DNA of 64,000 nucleotides from Escherichia coli O157:H7 (GTDB lineage Bacteria > Pseudomonadota > Gammaproteobacteria > Enterobacterales > Enterobacteriaceae). Within the stretch, counting starts at the first letter, position 1; the number at the start of each line of letters is the position of its first letter. The DNA lies in NCBI RefSeq assembly GCF_013167455.1, contig NZ_CP038328.1, one strand, 5' to 3'. Below, piece by piece: positions 53,163 through 63,062 of the stretch. The notes below the pieces were generated by a model. That model had not been told where the DNA came from. It was given only the letters and a program-made list of their open reading frames with translations, and ran no database searches. A program made the position numbers and the translations under genes.

Positions 53163-55253
53163 ATGTGGGTAACAGCAAAAGAATGTGTTGGTCTTCCTGA
53201 TTTACCAATGATGGAACATAACATTCGCCATCGACTCACAAAAGCAGCTGCGGGAAATGCAGCCATGTTACGCAAACGTAAGGGGACAAAAGCAATCGAA
53301 TTTAATATCGATTGTTTGCCTTCTGGCGCGCAACAAGTATTGCGTGAACGTTATGCCCTTCAACTGATGACGCAAAAAGCTGATGAATCACCGGCTCCGG
53401 TGGTGACAAAGGCCAGACGCTCGCCTGCCGTGGTTGATGCGGTGGAGGCATATCGCGGATCACCACAACTGATGGTTGAACGCCTTAATGCCCTGACTGA
53501 AAACCAGCGCCAGGTGGCTGATGCACGAATCGCGATCGTCAGCGAAGTGATGAAAGTCGCGCAACAACCCGGTTTCAGCTGTGCGAAAGCTATCCGGTTT
53601 ATCGTTGACAACCTGGCACGTTCGCAACTGGACGAGCGCATTGTGGCAATGGTTGAGACGGCGAACGCCAAAAAGGGAAACAGCCGTGCGTTGAGTGAAA
53701 TAACGCTGAAACGCTGGATTGCGGCCTTTAACAAGGCGCAGAACGCCGCTGAACGCCTGCTTTTACTGGCACCGGGTAAGCGCCAGGAAATAAAAGCCGA
53801 AGATATTAACTGGCTGCCCGAATTTCTGGCGCAGTATCGCCAGTCAAACGGCCGACCAATGACCGAGGCTTACGAGGATTTTGTCGCTGAATGGCAGCAC
53901 CGGCACGCTGATGAGCCTTATATGCTCGATATCATGCCGTCTTATGACACCATTCGCCGCGCAATGAAGAAACTGCCGGAAGTGGTGAAACAAAAAGGCC
54001 GGGTGACCGGCAGTGAATACCGCCAGCTTGAGGGATTCACGCGCCGCGACTGGTCCAGAATGCCGGTGAATTATGTCTGGATTGGTGACGGTCACGGCAT
54101 GAAGCTGAAATGCGCACACCCGGTTCACGGTCGGCCATTTGCACCGGAAGTGACCTTTGTTATCGACGGTGGCACGCGCTTTGTGGTGGGCTGGAGCCTT
54201 GACCTGGCTGAAAATGTTTTCGCCGTAGCCGGTGCCATACAGCACGGCATTCGCCATCACGGCAAACCGTTTCTGTATTACTCGGATAACGGCTCCGGGG
54301 AAACCGCCGACATCCTGGATAAGGAGGTTGTGGGGATACTGCCGCGACTGGGGATTAATCACCCGACCGGGATTGCCGGTAATCCGCAGGGACGAGGCAT
54401 TATCGAACGGCTTAACCGCACATTACCGATGCGCATAGCCCGTAAATACCGCACCTATTTCGGGAAAGGTGCAGATCGCGAGACGTTACGCAAAACCAAC
54501 CGCGATTTACGCTCGGCATTTACTGCCCTGCAACAGGGCAAACGGCTGAACGCCCGGCAGCAGTCAGCGATGCGTGATTTACCGTCCTGGTCTGAACTGA
54601 TTGATGCCATTCGTGACGGTGTTGAGTGGTACAACAACCGGCCGCACGATGAATTACCGGTGAAGCCGAACGGCAAGCATTACAGCCCGGCGGAGTTCAG
54701 AAAAAAACGCCTGGCGGAAGAGGACACGGAAATTGAATGGCTGTCCGATGTTGAGCTGCGGGATATGTTCCGGCCGATGGTGGAACGCCCTGTAAGACGC
54801 TGTGAAATACGCTGGCTGAATAATATTTACTACGCGCCCGAGCTGCGTGACGAGCATGGTCGTAAGGTGCTTATCAGCTATGACATTCATGATGCCGAAC
54901 GAATTACCGTACGTCGCCTGGATGGCAGCGTGATTTGCGAGGCGGTATGGGACGGTAATAAACGCGAAGCCTTCCCGGTTAGCGCGGAATACTACAAACA
55001 GCAGCAACGCCTTAAAGGCATGCGTAAACGCGCAGAGGAAAAAATCCGTGATGCCGAGGATGAGGTTGTCAACGTGCTGGAGCACAAGCCGCAGGAGCCC
55101 TGGCTGGAAAACATATACCGCCCTGTGGGTAATACGGTGACCGTTCAGCAACCGGTCGCTGACGATGAACCTGATGAAGAATACGAGCGTAATTTCCAGC
55201 GGGGATTGCAGTTGCTGGAAGCGAAATTAAAAGAAAATGACCCGCTGGCCTGA
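53163..55253 (+). CDS. MuA-like DDE transposase
   Basis: 696 aa; N-terminal W..KEC..LP..P like Mu A; candidate DDE residues in WIGDGHG, YYSDNGSG, IERLNRT. Confidence 0.9.
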   Translation: MWVTAKECVGLPDLPMMEHNIRHRLTKAAAGNAAMLRKRKGTKAIEFNIDCLPSGAQQVLRERYALQLMTQKADESPAPVVTKARRSPAVVDAVEAYRGSPQLMVERLNALTENQRQVADARIAIVSEVMKVAQQPGFSCAKAIRFIVDNLARSQLDERIVAMVETANAKKGNSRALSEITLKRWIAAFNKAQNAAERLLLLAPGKRQEIKAEDINWLPEFLAQYRQSNGRPMTEAYEDFVAEWQHRHADEPYMLDIMPSYDTIRRAMKKLPEVVKQKGRVTGSEYRQLEGFTRRDWSRMPVNYVWIGDGHGMKLKCAHPVHGRPFAPEVTFVIDGGTRFVVGWSLDLAENVFAVAGAIQHGIRHHGKPFLYYSDNGSGETADILDKEVVGILPRLGINHPTGIAGNPQGRGIIERLNRTLPMRIARKYRTYFGKGADRETLRKTNRDLRSAFTALQQGKRLNARQQSAMRDLPSWSELIDAIRDGVEWYNNRPHDELPVKPNGKHYSPAEFRKKRLAEEDTEIEWLSDVELRDMFRPMVERPVRRCEIRWLNNIYYAPELRDEHGRKVLISYDIHDAERITVRRLDGSVICEAVWDGNKREAFPVSAEYYKQQQRLKGMRKRAEEKIRDAEDEVVNVLEHKPQEPWLENIYRPVGNTVTVQQPVADDEPDEEYERNFQRGLQLLEAKLKENDPLA

Positions 55254-55324
55254 AATAAAAAAATAACCCGAGCGGCGACTCAGGTTATTTGATTAAACAA
55301 GGTATCAAATGAGAGGTTAATAAT

Positions 55325-56257
55325 ATGACTGATATTAACGATGTAATCAAGACCATTGATGAACTTATTGATGGCGGCGTACTGACGCAGTATGCCATCG
55401 CCAGAGAGGCGGGAATTTCCGACGGCACATTATCGGCTTTCCGTAAGGGAAAATATAAAGGCGATAACGCTGCTGTGGCTGCTTCCCTGCGTTCCTGGTA
55501 TGAGAACTGGAATAAACAAAGCGCACTGCCGGAACCGCCGCAGTTTGTGGAAACGCAGACAGTCCAGGAGCTGCGCGCACTGTTTCAGGCGGTTCGTCTG
55601 ATGGGCTGTATTAACGTTATTGTGGGCGTACCGGGTGTGGGTAAAACGGCCACTGCCCGTAATTACTGCCAGGAGCAACCAAACACCTGGATGATCACCC
55701 TGTCACCCGCGCACTCCAGCGTCACGGAGTGTCTGCTGGAGCTGGCCGATGCGCTGGGGATTGATTACACCCGCGCGAACAAAGGGGCATTATCCCGCGC
55801 CATCCGCCGTCGCCTGACGGGAACGCGTGGACTGGTTATTGTGGATGAGGCGGATCATCTTGGTATTGACGGTCTGGAGCAACTCCGGGCAATTCAGGAC
55901 GCCACGGGGATCGGGATGGTGCTTATTGGTAACCCGCGCGGATTGTTTAAAGGTGGACGCCGCACCTTTGATGATTTATCGCGCCTGTTCAGCCGTCTTG
56001 CCCGTACAAAACAACTTCGCAAGGCCAAAAAGGCGGATGTGCTGGCCATTGCCAGGGCGTGGGGGATCAGTGGTGAGGCCGAGCTGGCCGTCATGCAGGC
56101 TATCGCTGAAAAGCCGGGAGCGTTACGCGTTCTGACACATACGCTTAACCAGGCGTGGCTCACCGCCAGCGGTGAAGGCGCGGCGCTGACAGAAAAACAT
56201 ATTAATGCGGCCTTTAAAGAGGTTTATACCAACCCTGAATTACTCTCACAGGTGTGA
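55325..56257 (+). CDS. MuB-like AAA+ target DNA activator
   Basis: 310 aa; Walker A GVPGVGKT, Walker B VIVDEADHL; LPEPPQFVETQTV resembles Mu B. Confidence 0.9.
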   Translation: MTDINDVIKTIDELIDGGVLTQYAIAREAGISDGTLSAFRKGKYKGDNAAVAASLRSWYENWNKQSALPEPPQFVETQTVQELRALFQAVRLMGCINVIVGVPGVGKTATARNYCQEQPNTWMITLSPAHSSVTECLLELADALGIDYTRANKGALSRAIRRRLTGTRGLVIVDEADHLGIDGLEQLRAIQDATGIGMVLIGNPRGLFKGGRRTFDDLSRLFSRLARTKQLRKAKKADVLAIARAWGISGEAELAVMQAIAEKPGALRVLTHTLNQAWLTASGEGAALTEKHINAAFKEVYTNPELLSQV

Positions 56258-56481
56258 TTATGGCGGTATTTAATATTCCTGATATTTACGGACGCTTTTA
56301 CCTGGTTAATTTCGATAACGTGAAGGTGATTTCACTGGCCGAAAATAAAGAATGTGGCGATTTACTTTTTGAATTTAATGACCGCACACGAATGGTGATA
56401 TCTGCCGGACTTGATCGAGAAGGTGCGACAGACGTTTACAGCGGAATATGCCGTTCTGTTGGTGCGAAACAAGTCAGCTAA
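56254..56481 (+). CDS. hypothetical Mu-like early protein
   Basis: 75-aa ORF coupled to B stop. Confidence 0.5.
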   Translation: MIMAVFNIPDIYGRFYLVNFDNVKVISLAENKECGDLLFEFNDRTRMVISAGLDREGATDVYSGICRSVGAKQVS

Positions 56482-56748
56482 ATGAGGTGTTATATGAATA
56501 TGCAATCCTGCGGTAACAAAATGAATTTATTCGACTCCCTGAACAGCGCGCGCCGTCTGACCGAACTTGCCGGTGCGGTACTGGAACGCAGTAAGCGCTA
56601 TCCGCAACGTTTTGCACTGAAAACCACGCCGCCGGTAGGCAACGTGCAGGGAACCGGTGAAATTGAAATCACCATACAGACCAACGGCCTGCGCCGCCGT
56701 GTGAAGGCCACCCGCATCAGCGGCTGCACGGTTTACTGGGAGGTGTGA
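56482..56748 (+). CDS. hypothetical Mu-like early protein
   Basis: 88-aa ORF in tightly packed operon. Confidence 0.5.
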   Translation: MRCYMNMQSCGNKMNLFDSLNSARRLTELAGAVLERSKRYPQRFALKTTPPVGNVQGTGEIEITIQTNGLRRRVKATRISGCTVYWEV

Positions 56749-56749
56749 G

Positions 56750-57031
56750 GTGAAAAAAAATCTCATTGCATGGGCGTGGTCGAGTGGTCTTATTGAGTTT
56801 GGTTACGTCCTGCCGGAAGGTGCATTGCCGATAGTTGCCGGAAAGCCTGCCACGGTACGGCATGTGATTGAGGTTATGGCGCGTCATGGACGTGATGAAC
56901 AGGAGCAGTTACTGGTTCCGGGGATACCGGAAGCGGTGACGGAGGAAGAAGCCTTTAATGCCATGATTCGGTTCTGCCGTGAGGTCAGACGCCGGGTCAG
57001 TTATCCAAACAGAACGAGGACCAGAGGATGA
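56750..57031 (+). CDS. hypothetical Mu-like early protein
   Basis: 93-aa ORF. Confidence 0.5.
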   Translation: MKKNLIAWAWSSGLIEFGYVLPEGALPIVAGKPATVRHVIEVMARHGRDEQEQLLVPGIPEAVTEEEAFNAMIRFCREVRRRVSYPNRTRTRG

Positions 57032-57300
57032 GTAAAGTCGTACGCATTATTTTCGAATACAAGGAGCACGTTATCCATAAAAACGCTGATGGAACAGTGC
57101 GCATGGGGGTAAGTCTGGACATACGTTCAACCGGGATAAAGCAGAAAGGTGATGGACCCGCCATGATTTTTGGGGTGGTTATGCTCGCGGAAAGCAGAGA
57201 CTTTGCTGAACTTGTGGCAATGAAAGCCAGTGCGCTCATGAAAGATATGAGCATGCGTTCCGGGGTTATTAAAGGTAATGAATTTAATCAGCAGGGGTAA
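57028..57300 (+). CDS. hypothetical Mu-like early protein (paralog pair, copy 1)
   Basis: 90 aa, begins MSKVVRIIFEYKEHV. Confidence 0.5.
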   Translation: MSKVVRIIFEYKEHVIHKNADGTVRMGVSLDIRSTGIKQKGDGPAMIFGVVMLAESRDFAELVAMKASALMKDMSMRSGVIKGNEFNQQG

Positions 57301-57304
57301 TTCC

Positions 57305-57598
57305 ATGAGCAAAGTACGCGTTATTTTTGAATTTAAGCATGTTTCGCATGACGAAAAACCGGCAGGCAATGACTGTGTTGAAGTGCATGAAAAGATTGGT
57401 GTGGATGTAAAAACAGAACGTGATACGAATAACAGGCCGACGTCACTCTGTGACGTTTATGCAAGTATTCTCCAGTATCACAGTCCTGAAATTATTCAGT
57501 TTCTCTCAGCGGAATTTCAGGCATCTGTACAGGCTTTTGGGGCGGATGCCATCATTAAACGCCACCGCGTGCATAAAGCATCAGGCACACTGCAATAA
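57305..57598 (+). CDS. hypothetical Mu-like early protein (paralog pair, copy 2)
   Basis: 97 aa, begins MSKVRVIFEFKHV. Confidence 0.5.
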   Translation: MSKVRVIFEFKHVSHDEKPAGNDCVEVHEKIGVDVKTERDTNNRPTSLCDVYASILQYHSPEIIQFLSAEFQASVQAFGADAIIKRHRVHKASGTLQ

Positions 57599-57609
57599 GG
57601 AAAAACAAA

Positions 57610-58140
57610 ATGGCAAAACGCGTTACAAAATTAAAGGCCGCAGCAGAGGCGGCACCGCAGACCCGTGAAGAGGTCAGCCGCGATATCCGCACCCTGGGCG
57701 ATATTCAGCGAGAGGCGCTGCGCCTGGAAACAGCGATGAATGATGAAGTGGCAGAAATCACCGCCCGTTATACGCCGCAGATTGAAAACCTTAAAAAAGA
57801 AATCAAAGTGCTTTTTAAGGGGATTCAGGACTGGTGCAAAACCAACCGTGATGAGCTGACGAACGGCGGCAAAACCAAAACTGCCAATCTGACCACCGGA
57901 ACGGTGTCATGGCGACTGGGGAATCCATCATGCAGCGTCAGTCGTGATGTGGAAGGTGTGATTGAAATGCTGCGCCGTATGGGCCTTGAGCGTTTTATCC
58001 GCACGAAAGAGGAAGTGAACAAGGAAGCGGTCCTGGCGGAGCCGGATGCGGTGAAAGGGATTGCCGGTATTAAGGTGAATAAAGGCGCTGAAAGTTTTTA
58101 TGTCGAGCCTTTTGAACAGGACGCCGGACTGAATAAATAA
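57610..58140 (+). CDS. gam: Gam-like host-nuclease inhibitor (DNA end-binding)
   Basis: 176 aa; extensive similarity to Mu Gam as recalled (RLETEMND...ANRDELTNGGK.KTANL.TG.VSWR). Confidence 0.9.
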   Translation: MAKRVTKLKAAAEAAPQTREEVSRDIRTLGDIQREALRLETAMNDEVAEITARYTPQIENLKKEIKVLFKGIQDWCKTNRDELTNGGKTKTANLTTGTVSWRLGNPSCSVSRDVEGVIEMLRRMGLERFIRTKEEVNKEAVLAEPDAVKGIAGIKVNKGAESFYVEPFEQDAGLNK

Positions 58141-58237
58141 CACCGCATTAATCAATTAAATATCACTTCGTTTTAATTATGGCGCTCGCGTCAGGGGACT
58201 GCCTGCGCCTGTAAACTGAAAATAAGGAACAGGATAT

Positions 58238-58780
58238 ATGGCATATTTTTATTTCAAATTAGACCGTGTGCAGACAAATAAATATTTCACCAAATATCAA
58301 CAGACTGTTTTACCGCTACGCAACAGTATTCTTCGGGCATTACTGAAAAATACAGGCGCTGCCGGATTGCGCTTAAAGCCGTTTGCCATGGACGTAATCA
58401 GTGAGTTTTATTTTTCTGGTGCTCTGCCTGCGGGCTGGCGTAAGCGCGATGATGTGGCTTTTGTCGGGGACGGACCGTGCTTTATTGCCAGACCTGATGA
58501 GTCATGCCCTGAAGGACCGGCGATTGCCGCAATGATTGAAGCCGCTGAACGCGAGTTAAGAAAGCGTCCTGATTTCCTTGTCTGGCTCTGTGAAAAGCTG
58601 GGGGTAATGAGAATCCCCTCCATGTTTAACATGGACTCCTGGTGGACCCCGTCGCTCTCCCGTGATGCCCTGTGCGTGGTGTTTAAAGTAGGCGCTTATG
58701 GCAGGGAAATAAAAGGGGGTATTCCTGAAGAATGCCAGGAGATTAAACATTCTGAATATGTGGCGCTGACGGAGGAATAA
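58238..58780 (+). CDS. hypothetical Mu-like early protein
   Basis: 180-aa ORF. Confidence 0.55.
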   Translation: MAYFYFKLDRVQTNKYFTKYQQTVLPLRNSILRALLKNTGAAGLRLKPFAMDVISEFYFSGALPAGWRKRDDVAFVGDGPCFIARPDESCPEGPAIAAMIEAAERELRKRPDFLVWLCEKLGVMRIPSMFNMDSWWTPSLSRDALCVVFKVGAYGREIKGGIPEECQEIKHSEYVALTEE

Positions 58781-58783
58781 TTC

Positions 58784-59317
58784 ATGATTGATGCAAAAGT
58801 GCTTGAAGGGGTTAAAAACTGGCTGAGTATTTACGGGCGTCTGACCTGCGGCATTCTGGCTGAAAAAATGAATATGCCGCCATCCTCGATGGTTTATTTT
58901 CTGCGTGATGCGGTCGATGCCGGGGTGCTGACGGAATGTAACGGTTTTTATGATATTCCGCGTCCCCGCCCGGTGCAGCCGGTTCGTCGCAAATGCAGCC
59001 AGGAAGGTGCGGCTGATGATGTTCAGTGGTGCAGCTTCAGAAAATCCCTGCCGTGGATTGAGGGGCATGATATTCCGTCAATGGCGTGGGAATTTGCTCA
59101 GGGCGTTCTGACCTGTGAAACCGTTTATGTGGTGGCTGAAGTTGATGAGCAGGCCATGAAAGAAGGCGTGCCCCAGTTTGTGATGGCGTATATCGACATA
59201 CGCCTGGGTGTCATTATCTGCGGTTTAAGCGGCTGGAATATCACCTCGCGCGTTCTGCGTTACCTGATTGTTGACCGGACGGCCGCGCCTGCTGGGATAT
59301 CTGCGGAGGTGGCGTAA
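58784..59317 (+). CDS. hypothetical Mu-like early protein
   Basis: 177-aa ORF. Confidence 0.55.
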   Translation: MIDAKVLEGVKNWLSIYGRLTCGILAEKMNMPPSSMVYFLRDAVDAGVLTECNGFYDIPRPRPVQPVRRKCSQEGAADDVQWCSFRKSLPWIEGHDIPSMAWEFAQGVLTCETVYVVAEVDEQAMKEGVPQFVMAYIDIRLGVIICGLSGWNITSRVLRYLIVDRTAAPAGISAEVA

Positions 59318-59832
59318 TGTTCTTTAAAACATCAAACCCTTCCGCGCTGGCCGCGTGGCAAAAATATCAGCAGGACTGCCAGAAAGTTAAGGATGAGGCA
59401 AAACGCCTTGAGGCCGTGCTGAATGTTGCGTGCCGGTCGGTATTTGTATCCGGTATCAGTGGCTTTTGTTTTAAAGGGCTGCGCTTTATGGATGACAAAT
59501 ATCCTTTTCATCGCGACTTATGGCGAAAACCGACTGCGTCGAATGGCTGGAGCTGCACACCGCGCACATCACGTATTCCCAAAGCCCTGCGCGTTGCCTC
59601 TGACGAACTTAACAGTCTGTGGCGTGAATATTCGCCCGTCACGTATGCCAGAACCGATGCACTGTTGTTCTGGCTGGGTATTGATTTCTCGGCAATCATG
59701 TTTGGCCCTGTGAAGTGGTTCTGCGTTGACGATGTGATTTACCTTGAGTGCGGCGTAAAACCCGCAAATCAGAAAATGACCGAAATTCTGTCTGATGAGT
59801 TTTATGCTGCTGAAAAGCGAGTCAGGGGGTGA
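59317..59832 (+). CDS. hypothetical Mu-like early protein
   Basis: 171-aa ORF, start overlaps upstream stop. Confidence 0.55.
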   Translation: MFFKTSNPSALAAWQKYQQDCQKVKDEAKRLEAVLNVACRSVFVSGISGFCFKGLRFMDDKYPFHRDLWRKPTASNGWSCTPRTSRIPKALRVASDELNSLWREYSPVTYARTDALLFWLGIDFSAIMFGPVKWFCVDDVIYLECGVKPANQKMTEILSDEFYAAEKRVRG

Positions 59833-59835
59833 TGT

Positions 59836-60387
59836 ATGATGATTTTACAACCCATGGGGCGAAAAGGTCAGGCACCTGCTCATGTCCGTGCGTGGACACC
59901 TGAAGAAGATGCGCTGCTGATTGCGCTTTATCCATCCACCCCGGTTAAGGATATTGCTGTCAGGGTAAAAAGAAGTTTCTGGGGTGTACATAACCGGATT
60001 GTTTTATTACGCGGTACTTACCCGGAGTTGCTCAAATGCAAACGTCCAAGATTTAAACATGATGAAGATAAATTTATCCGAAAAAATGCCAGAACGATGA
60101 CCGGTAAGCAAATAGGAGAATATCTGGGGCGAGACCGGGATTCTGTCCACAATCGGGCGCGATATATTGGCGTAAGCATGAAAAAATACGGAGAATTGCT
60201 GCCCTTCACCCGTATACCTGACGATGATGTTCATCTTATTCGTGAATTACGGGATGCTGAATCACCACGACGTCTTACCTTCCGGGAAATAGGCGAGAAA
60301 TTTGAATTATCCGAGAGTACGGTGAATTTTATTTATCACCATCGCCGGACTGCCGAGGACGCTGTATTACGGGAGTTAACGCCATGA
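59836..60387 (+). CDS. putative DNA-binding protein with three tandem HTH-like repeats
   Basis: 183 aa; three ~45-aa repeats each with an acidic patch then a T/S.x.EIG....R...V.NR-like helix pattern. Confidence 0.5.
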   Translation: MMILQPMGRKGQAPAHVRAWTPEEDALLIALYPSTPVKDIAVRVKRSFWGVHNRIVLLRGTYPELLKCKRPRFKHDEDKFIRKNARTMTGKQIGEYLGRDRDSVHNRARYIGVSMKKYGELLPFTRIPDDDVHLIRELRDAESPRRLTFREIGEKFELSESTVNFIYHHRRTAEDAVLRELTP

Positions 60388-60569
60388 TAAAGAGACTTGT
60401 ATTTTTCGCAATTTTCGTTCCGGTGTTGGGGGTTGGTTTTATATTTGCGATTACAGGAAACCTGTCCATGATGCCAGATATTTGGTTCTTTATCAGGATG
60501 TCGCTCTTCCTGTTTATTATGAATCTTCTTATCGACATATATATCCGTATTACTGGAAAACATAAATGA
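60384..60569 (+). CDS. small hydrophobic membrane protein
   Basis: 61 aa, two predicted TM segments. Confidence 0.5.
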   Translation: MIKRLVFFAIFVPVLGVGFIFAITGNLSMMPDIWFFIRMSLFLFIMNLLIDIYIRITGKHK

Positions 60570-60940
60570 GAAAAATCACGTCCTTGTCAGAGTTACAGGA
60601 GATGAATATGAGTATTGAATTAAGATCGTCTTATGAGTATCGCAAATTTCTTATCGCCGGAGGCATGAAACCGGAAGATGTGGAAAAAATCGTTTCTTTT
60701 ATGGATAAGGAATGTGATAAGCGGGATGTGTCAGAAATTATTATGGATGACATGATTCTGGATTCAGTCGTGGCGTTAAGTCCGTTATGGATTGTGCATT
60801 CTCTTGCGGAAATTGCCAAAGGCACCGATAAACAGGCAGCTGTTGCTGCCCTTCAGACGCTTAATGAAATGCGTATATCTCCACGCCCGACATTAATACA
60901 GATGATTTTGTCCAGTATGGAGGATAAAGCAAATGAATAG
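60566..60940 (+). CDS. hypothetical protein
   Basis: 124-aa ORF coupled to neighbours. Confidence 0.5.
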   Translation: MRKITSLSELQEMNMSIELRSSYEYRKFLIAGGMKPEDVEKIVSFMDKECDKRDVSEIIMDDMILDSVVALSPLWIVHSLAEIAKGTDKQAAVAALQTLNEMRISPRPTLIQMILSSMEDKANE

Positions 60941-61130
60941 TCTACCCGCTGGATGGGCGCGCCCTCTGATGGCTAAGAAGCATCATTTTTTTAAAACTGG
61001 CGATAATATCAGTATATGTAGGCGGTGGTTATATCTGGCTCATAATCGCGAGCCGGATACATTTGAAAGCCCTGATGACTGTGCCGAATGTCGCAGAAGA
61101 CTGAATAAGGAGAAAGATAATGGACAGTAG
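60933..61130 (+). CDS. hypothetical small Cys-containing protein
   Basis: 65 aa with ICRRW...DDCAECRRR. Confidence 0.4.
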   Translation: MNSLPAGWARPLMAKKHHFFKTGDNISICRRWLYLAHNREPDTFESPDDCAECRRRLNKEKDNGQ

Positions 61131-61416
61131 TTCGCAGTTGTTCTGGTGTTTATATATCACATCGTTTTTCGGTGCATTCGTCATTACACGATGGCTGTGC
61201 CGGAAAGTTATCAGTATTTTTCATAAAAAATACCTGATTGGGCTGGCGGCGACTTCTCTGATTAATGCACTTGCCAGATATCATAAGGGGGAATACTACT
61301 CAAGAATAAAAACTGATGATGGTTTTAATATTTTTGTGATTCCTCCGGAGTATCGGGTTCAGCTCGATCGGGAAAGTAATATCTATCATATCAGCAGGAG
61401 TGTTGATACAGCATGA
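61120..61416 (+). CDS. hypothetical protein with N-terminal TM segment
   Basis: 98-aa ORF. Confidence 0.45.
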   Translation: MDSSSQLFWCLYITSFFGAFVITRWLCRKVISIFHKKYLIGLAATSLINALARYHKGEYYSRIKTDDGFNIFVIPPEYRVQLDRESNIYHISRSVDTA

Positions 61417-61922
61417 GAGGGAAACTGATATCCGCTATTCATGTGGCAAAGCGCGAGCTTGCCCTAGATGATGAGACCTACACATTCGTACTACTGGCAG
61501 CCACCGGCAAAACCAGCTGCCGGGATATGTCACCCGGTGAGTTATCCCGCGTGCTGGATGTTTTCAAAAAACGCGGTTTTAAAGTGCGTCAGAAACCGGT
61601 TAACCGGGCCTTAAAACCGGGTACGGTGACCGCCAAAATTCGCGCCATCTGGAAAGTGATGCACCGGCAGGGCTTTATCTCTGATGGTGCGGAAACCGCT
61701 CTTAACCGCTGGGTGAAATCGCAGACGGCCGCGCAGAACGGCGGCGAAGGTGTGGCAAACTGGCAGTGGCTGGAGCAACACCCCGCCCTGGCCTCAGATG
61801 TGCTGGAGCGTCTCAAGCGATGGCACCGCCGCAAAATGCTGGCCGCGATGGGAATGCCCGAACGCACGCTGATGGGGTATGACGCCGTTTGCAGGCAGTA
61901 TGAAAAATCACTTCCCCGTTAA
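61413..61922 (+). CDS. GemA (Mu gp16)-like regulatory protein
   Basis: 169 aa; N-terminal ISAIHVAKRELALDDETY pattern typical of Mu-like gp16 as recalled. Confidence 0.75.
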   Translation: MRGKLISAIHVAKRELALDDETYTFVLLAATGKTSCRDMSPGELSRVLDVFKKRGFKVRQKPVNRALKPGTVTAKIRAIWKVMHRQGFISDGAETALNRWVKSQTAAQNGGEGVANWQWLEQHPALASDVLERLKRWHRRKMLAAMGMPERTLMGYDAVCRQYEKSLPR

Positions 61923-61991
61923 CCCCAAATCCCGCCACAACGCGGGATTTTTATTTTAAACTTACCGGGAACGCGAGAACCGGAGGCTGAT

Positions 61992-62417
61992 ATGGCAGAA
62001 ACTCAGATGAGCATGTTTGGTGGTGACAGTGAGCAACTGCACGCCCTTATCGACCGCCTTGATGACATCCCTGATGATGTTCTCAAAAAGAACTGGCCGC
62101 GGACCCTGTCAGAACTGGTTGAAGTCACCGGCGCAGAACTTCAGCGTCAGGGGATTGAGCCGGTACTGGCCGGTAAACTGGCACGCAAGGTGGCTGCGGC
62201 TCAGGCAGCCTATATGGGCGGACGGGGTTATTACCTGCCGGTCGGGGAATCTCTCTTTGCCGAGCTGCGAAACAATGAGATATTTTCGCGCTGGGACCGG
62301 GGCGAGAAAATTGAATCCCTTCGCCGCCATTACCGGATGTCAGAAACCCAGATTTATACCGTCATACGCGAACAGCGCCGTCTGCATCTGGCAAGAACGC
62401 AACCGCCACTTTTCTGA
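61992..62417 (+). CDS. Mor-like middle-operon transcriptional activator
   Basis: 141 aa; position after gemA; C-terminal HTH-like SETQIYTVIREQRR. Confidence 0.75.
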   Translation: MAETQMSMFGGDSEQLHALIDRLDDIPDDVLKKNWPRTLSELVEVTGAELQRQGIEPVLAGKLARKVAAAQAAYMGGRGYYLPVGESLFAELRNNEIFSRWDRGEKIESLRRHYRMSETQIYTVIREQRRLHLARTQPPLF

Positions 62418-62488
62418 TATTCCGCAAAGCCTGCCGCCTCTCCTTCACCGTTACGCTGACTCAGAGAACATCATGAGACAGCGTAACA

Positions 62489-62989
62489 ATGCCAAAACTC
62501 CCCGCACCACTGCGTAAAAAGCTGATTGCCCTTGTTCTGGCCGGTGCCGGGACGTTCACGATTGCCACGCATTACACCGGTTACTGGGAAGGGAAAGAAA
62601 ACTCCACGTATATCGATCCCACCGGTACACCCACCATCTGTTACGGCCATACCGGCCCGGATGTGAAACCGGGTATGACCCTGACAGATGAAGAATGCCT
62701 GGAACTACTGGAAAAGGACATGAAATGGGCCTTTGCGGCCATTGATCGGCGTGTTCAGGTGCCGCTTACCCGTGGTCAGACGGTGGCGCTGGCTTCGTGG
62801 ATCTTCTGGGCCGGTGAAACGAACTTTCGCAACTCCACGCTTCTGCGCCTGATCAATGCCGGGCAGATGCCCGCGTCCTGTAAGCAGTATATCCGCTGGA
62901 TTTATTCAAAGGGGGTGAAACTCCCCGGCCTTGAGGCCCGCCGTTCGGCGGATGAATGGTTATGTCGCTACGACTTGCCGAAAGTCTGA
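62489..62989 (+). CDS. endolysin, T4-lysozyme-like (GH24) with N-terminal SAR-type signal anchor
   Basis: 166 aa; Gly/Ala-rich TM LIALVLAGAGTFTIATHY; catalytic-type motif WEGKENSTYIDPTGTPTICYGHTG. Confidence 0.85.
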   Translation: MPKLPAPLRKKLIALVLAGAGTFTIATHYTGYWEGKENSTYIDPTGTPTICYGHTGPDVKPGMTLTDEECLELLEKDMKWAFAAIDRRVQVPLTRGQTVALASWIFWAGETNFRNSTLLRLINAGQMPASCKQYIRWIYSKGVKLPGLEARRSADEWLCRYDLPKV

Positions 62990-63062
62990 ACCGCTTCTGG
63001 CGACCGCTCATGATAGCGCTGCTGTGTGCGGTACTGCTGTTACGGGGTGTCCTGTGGCTGCG

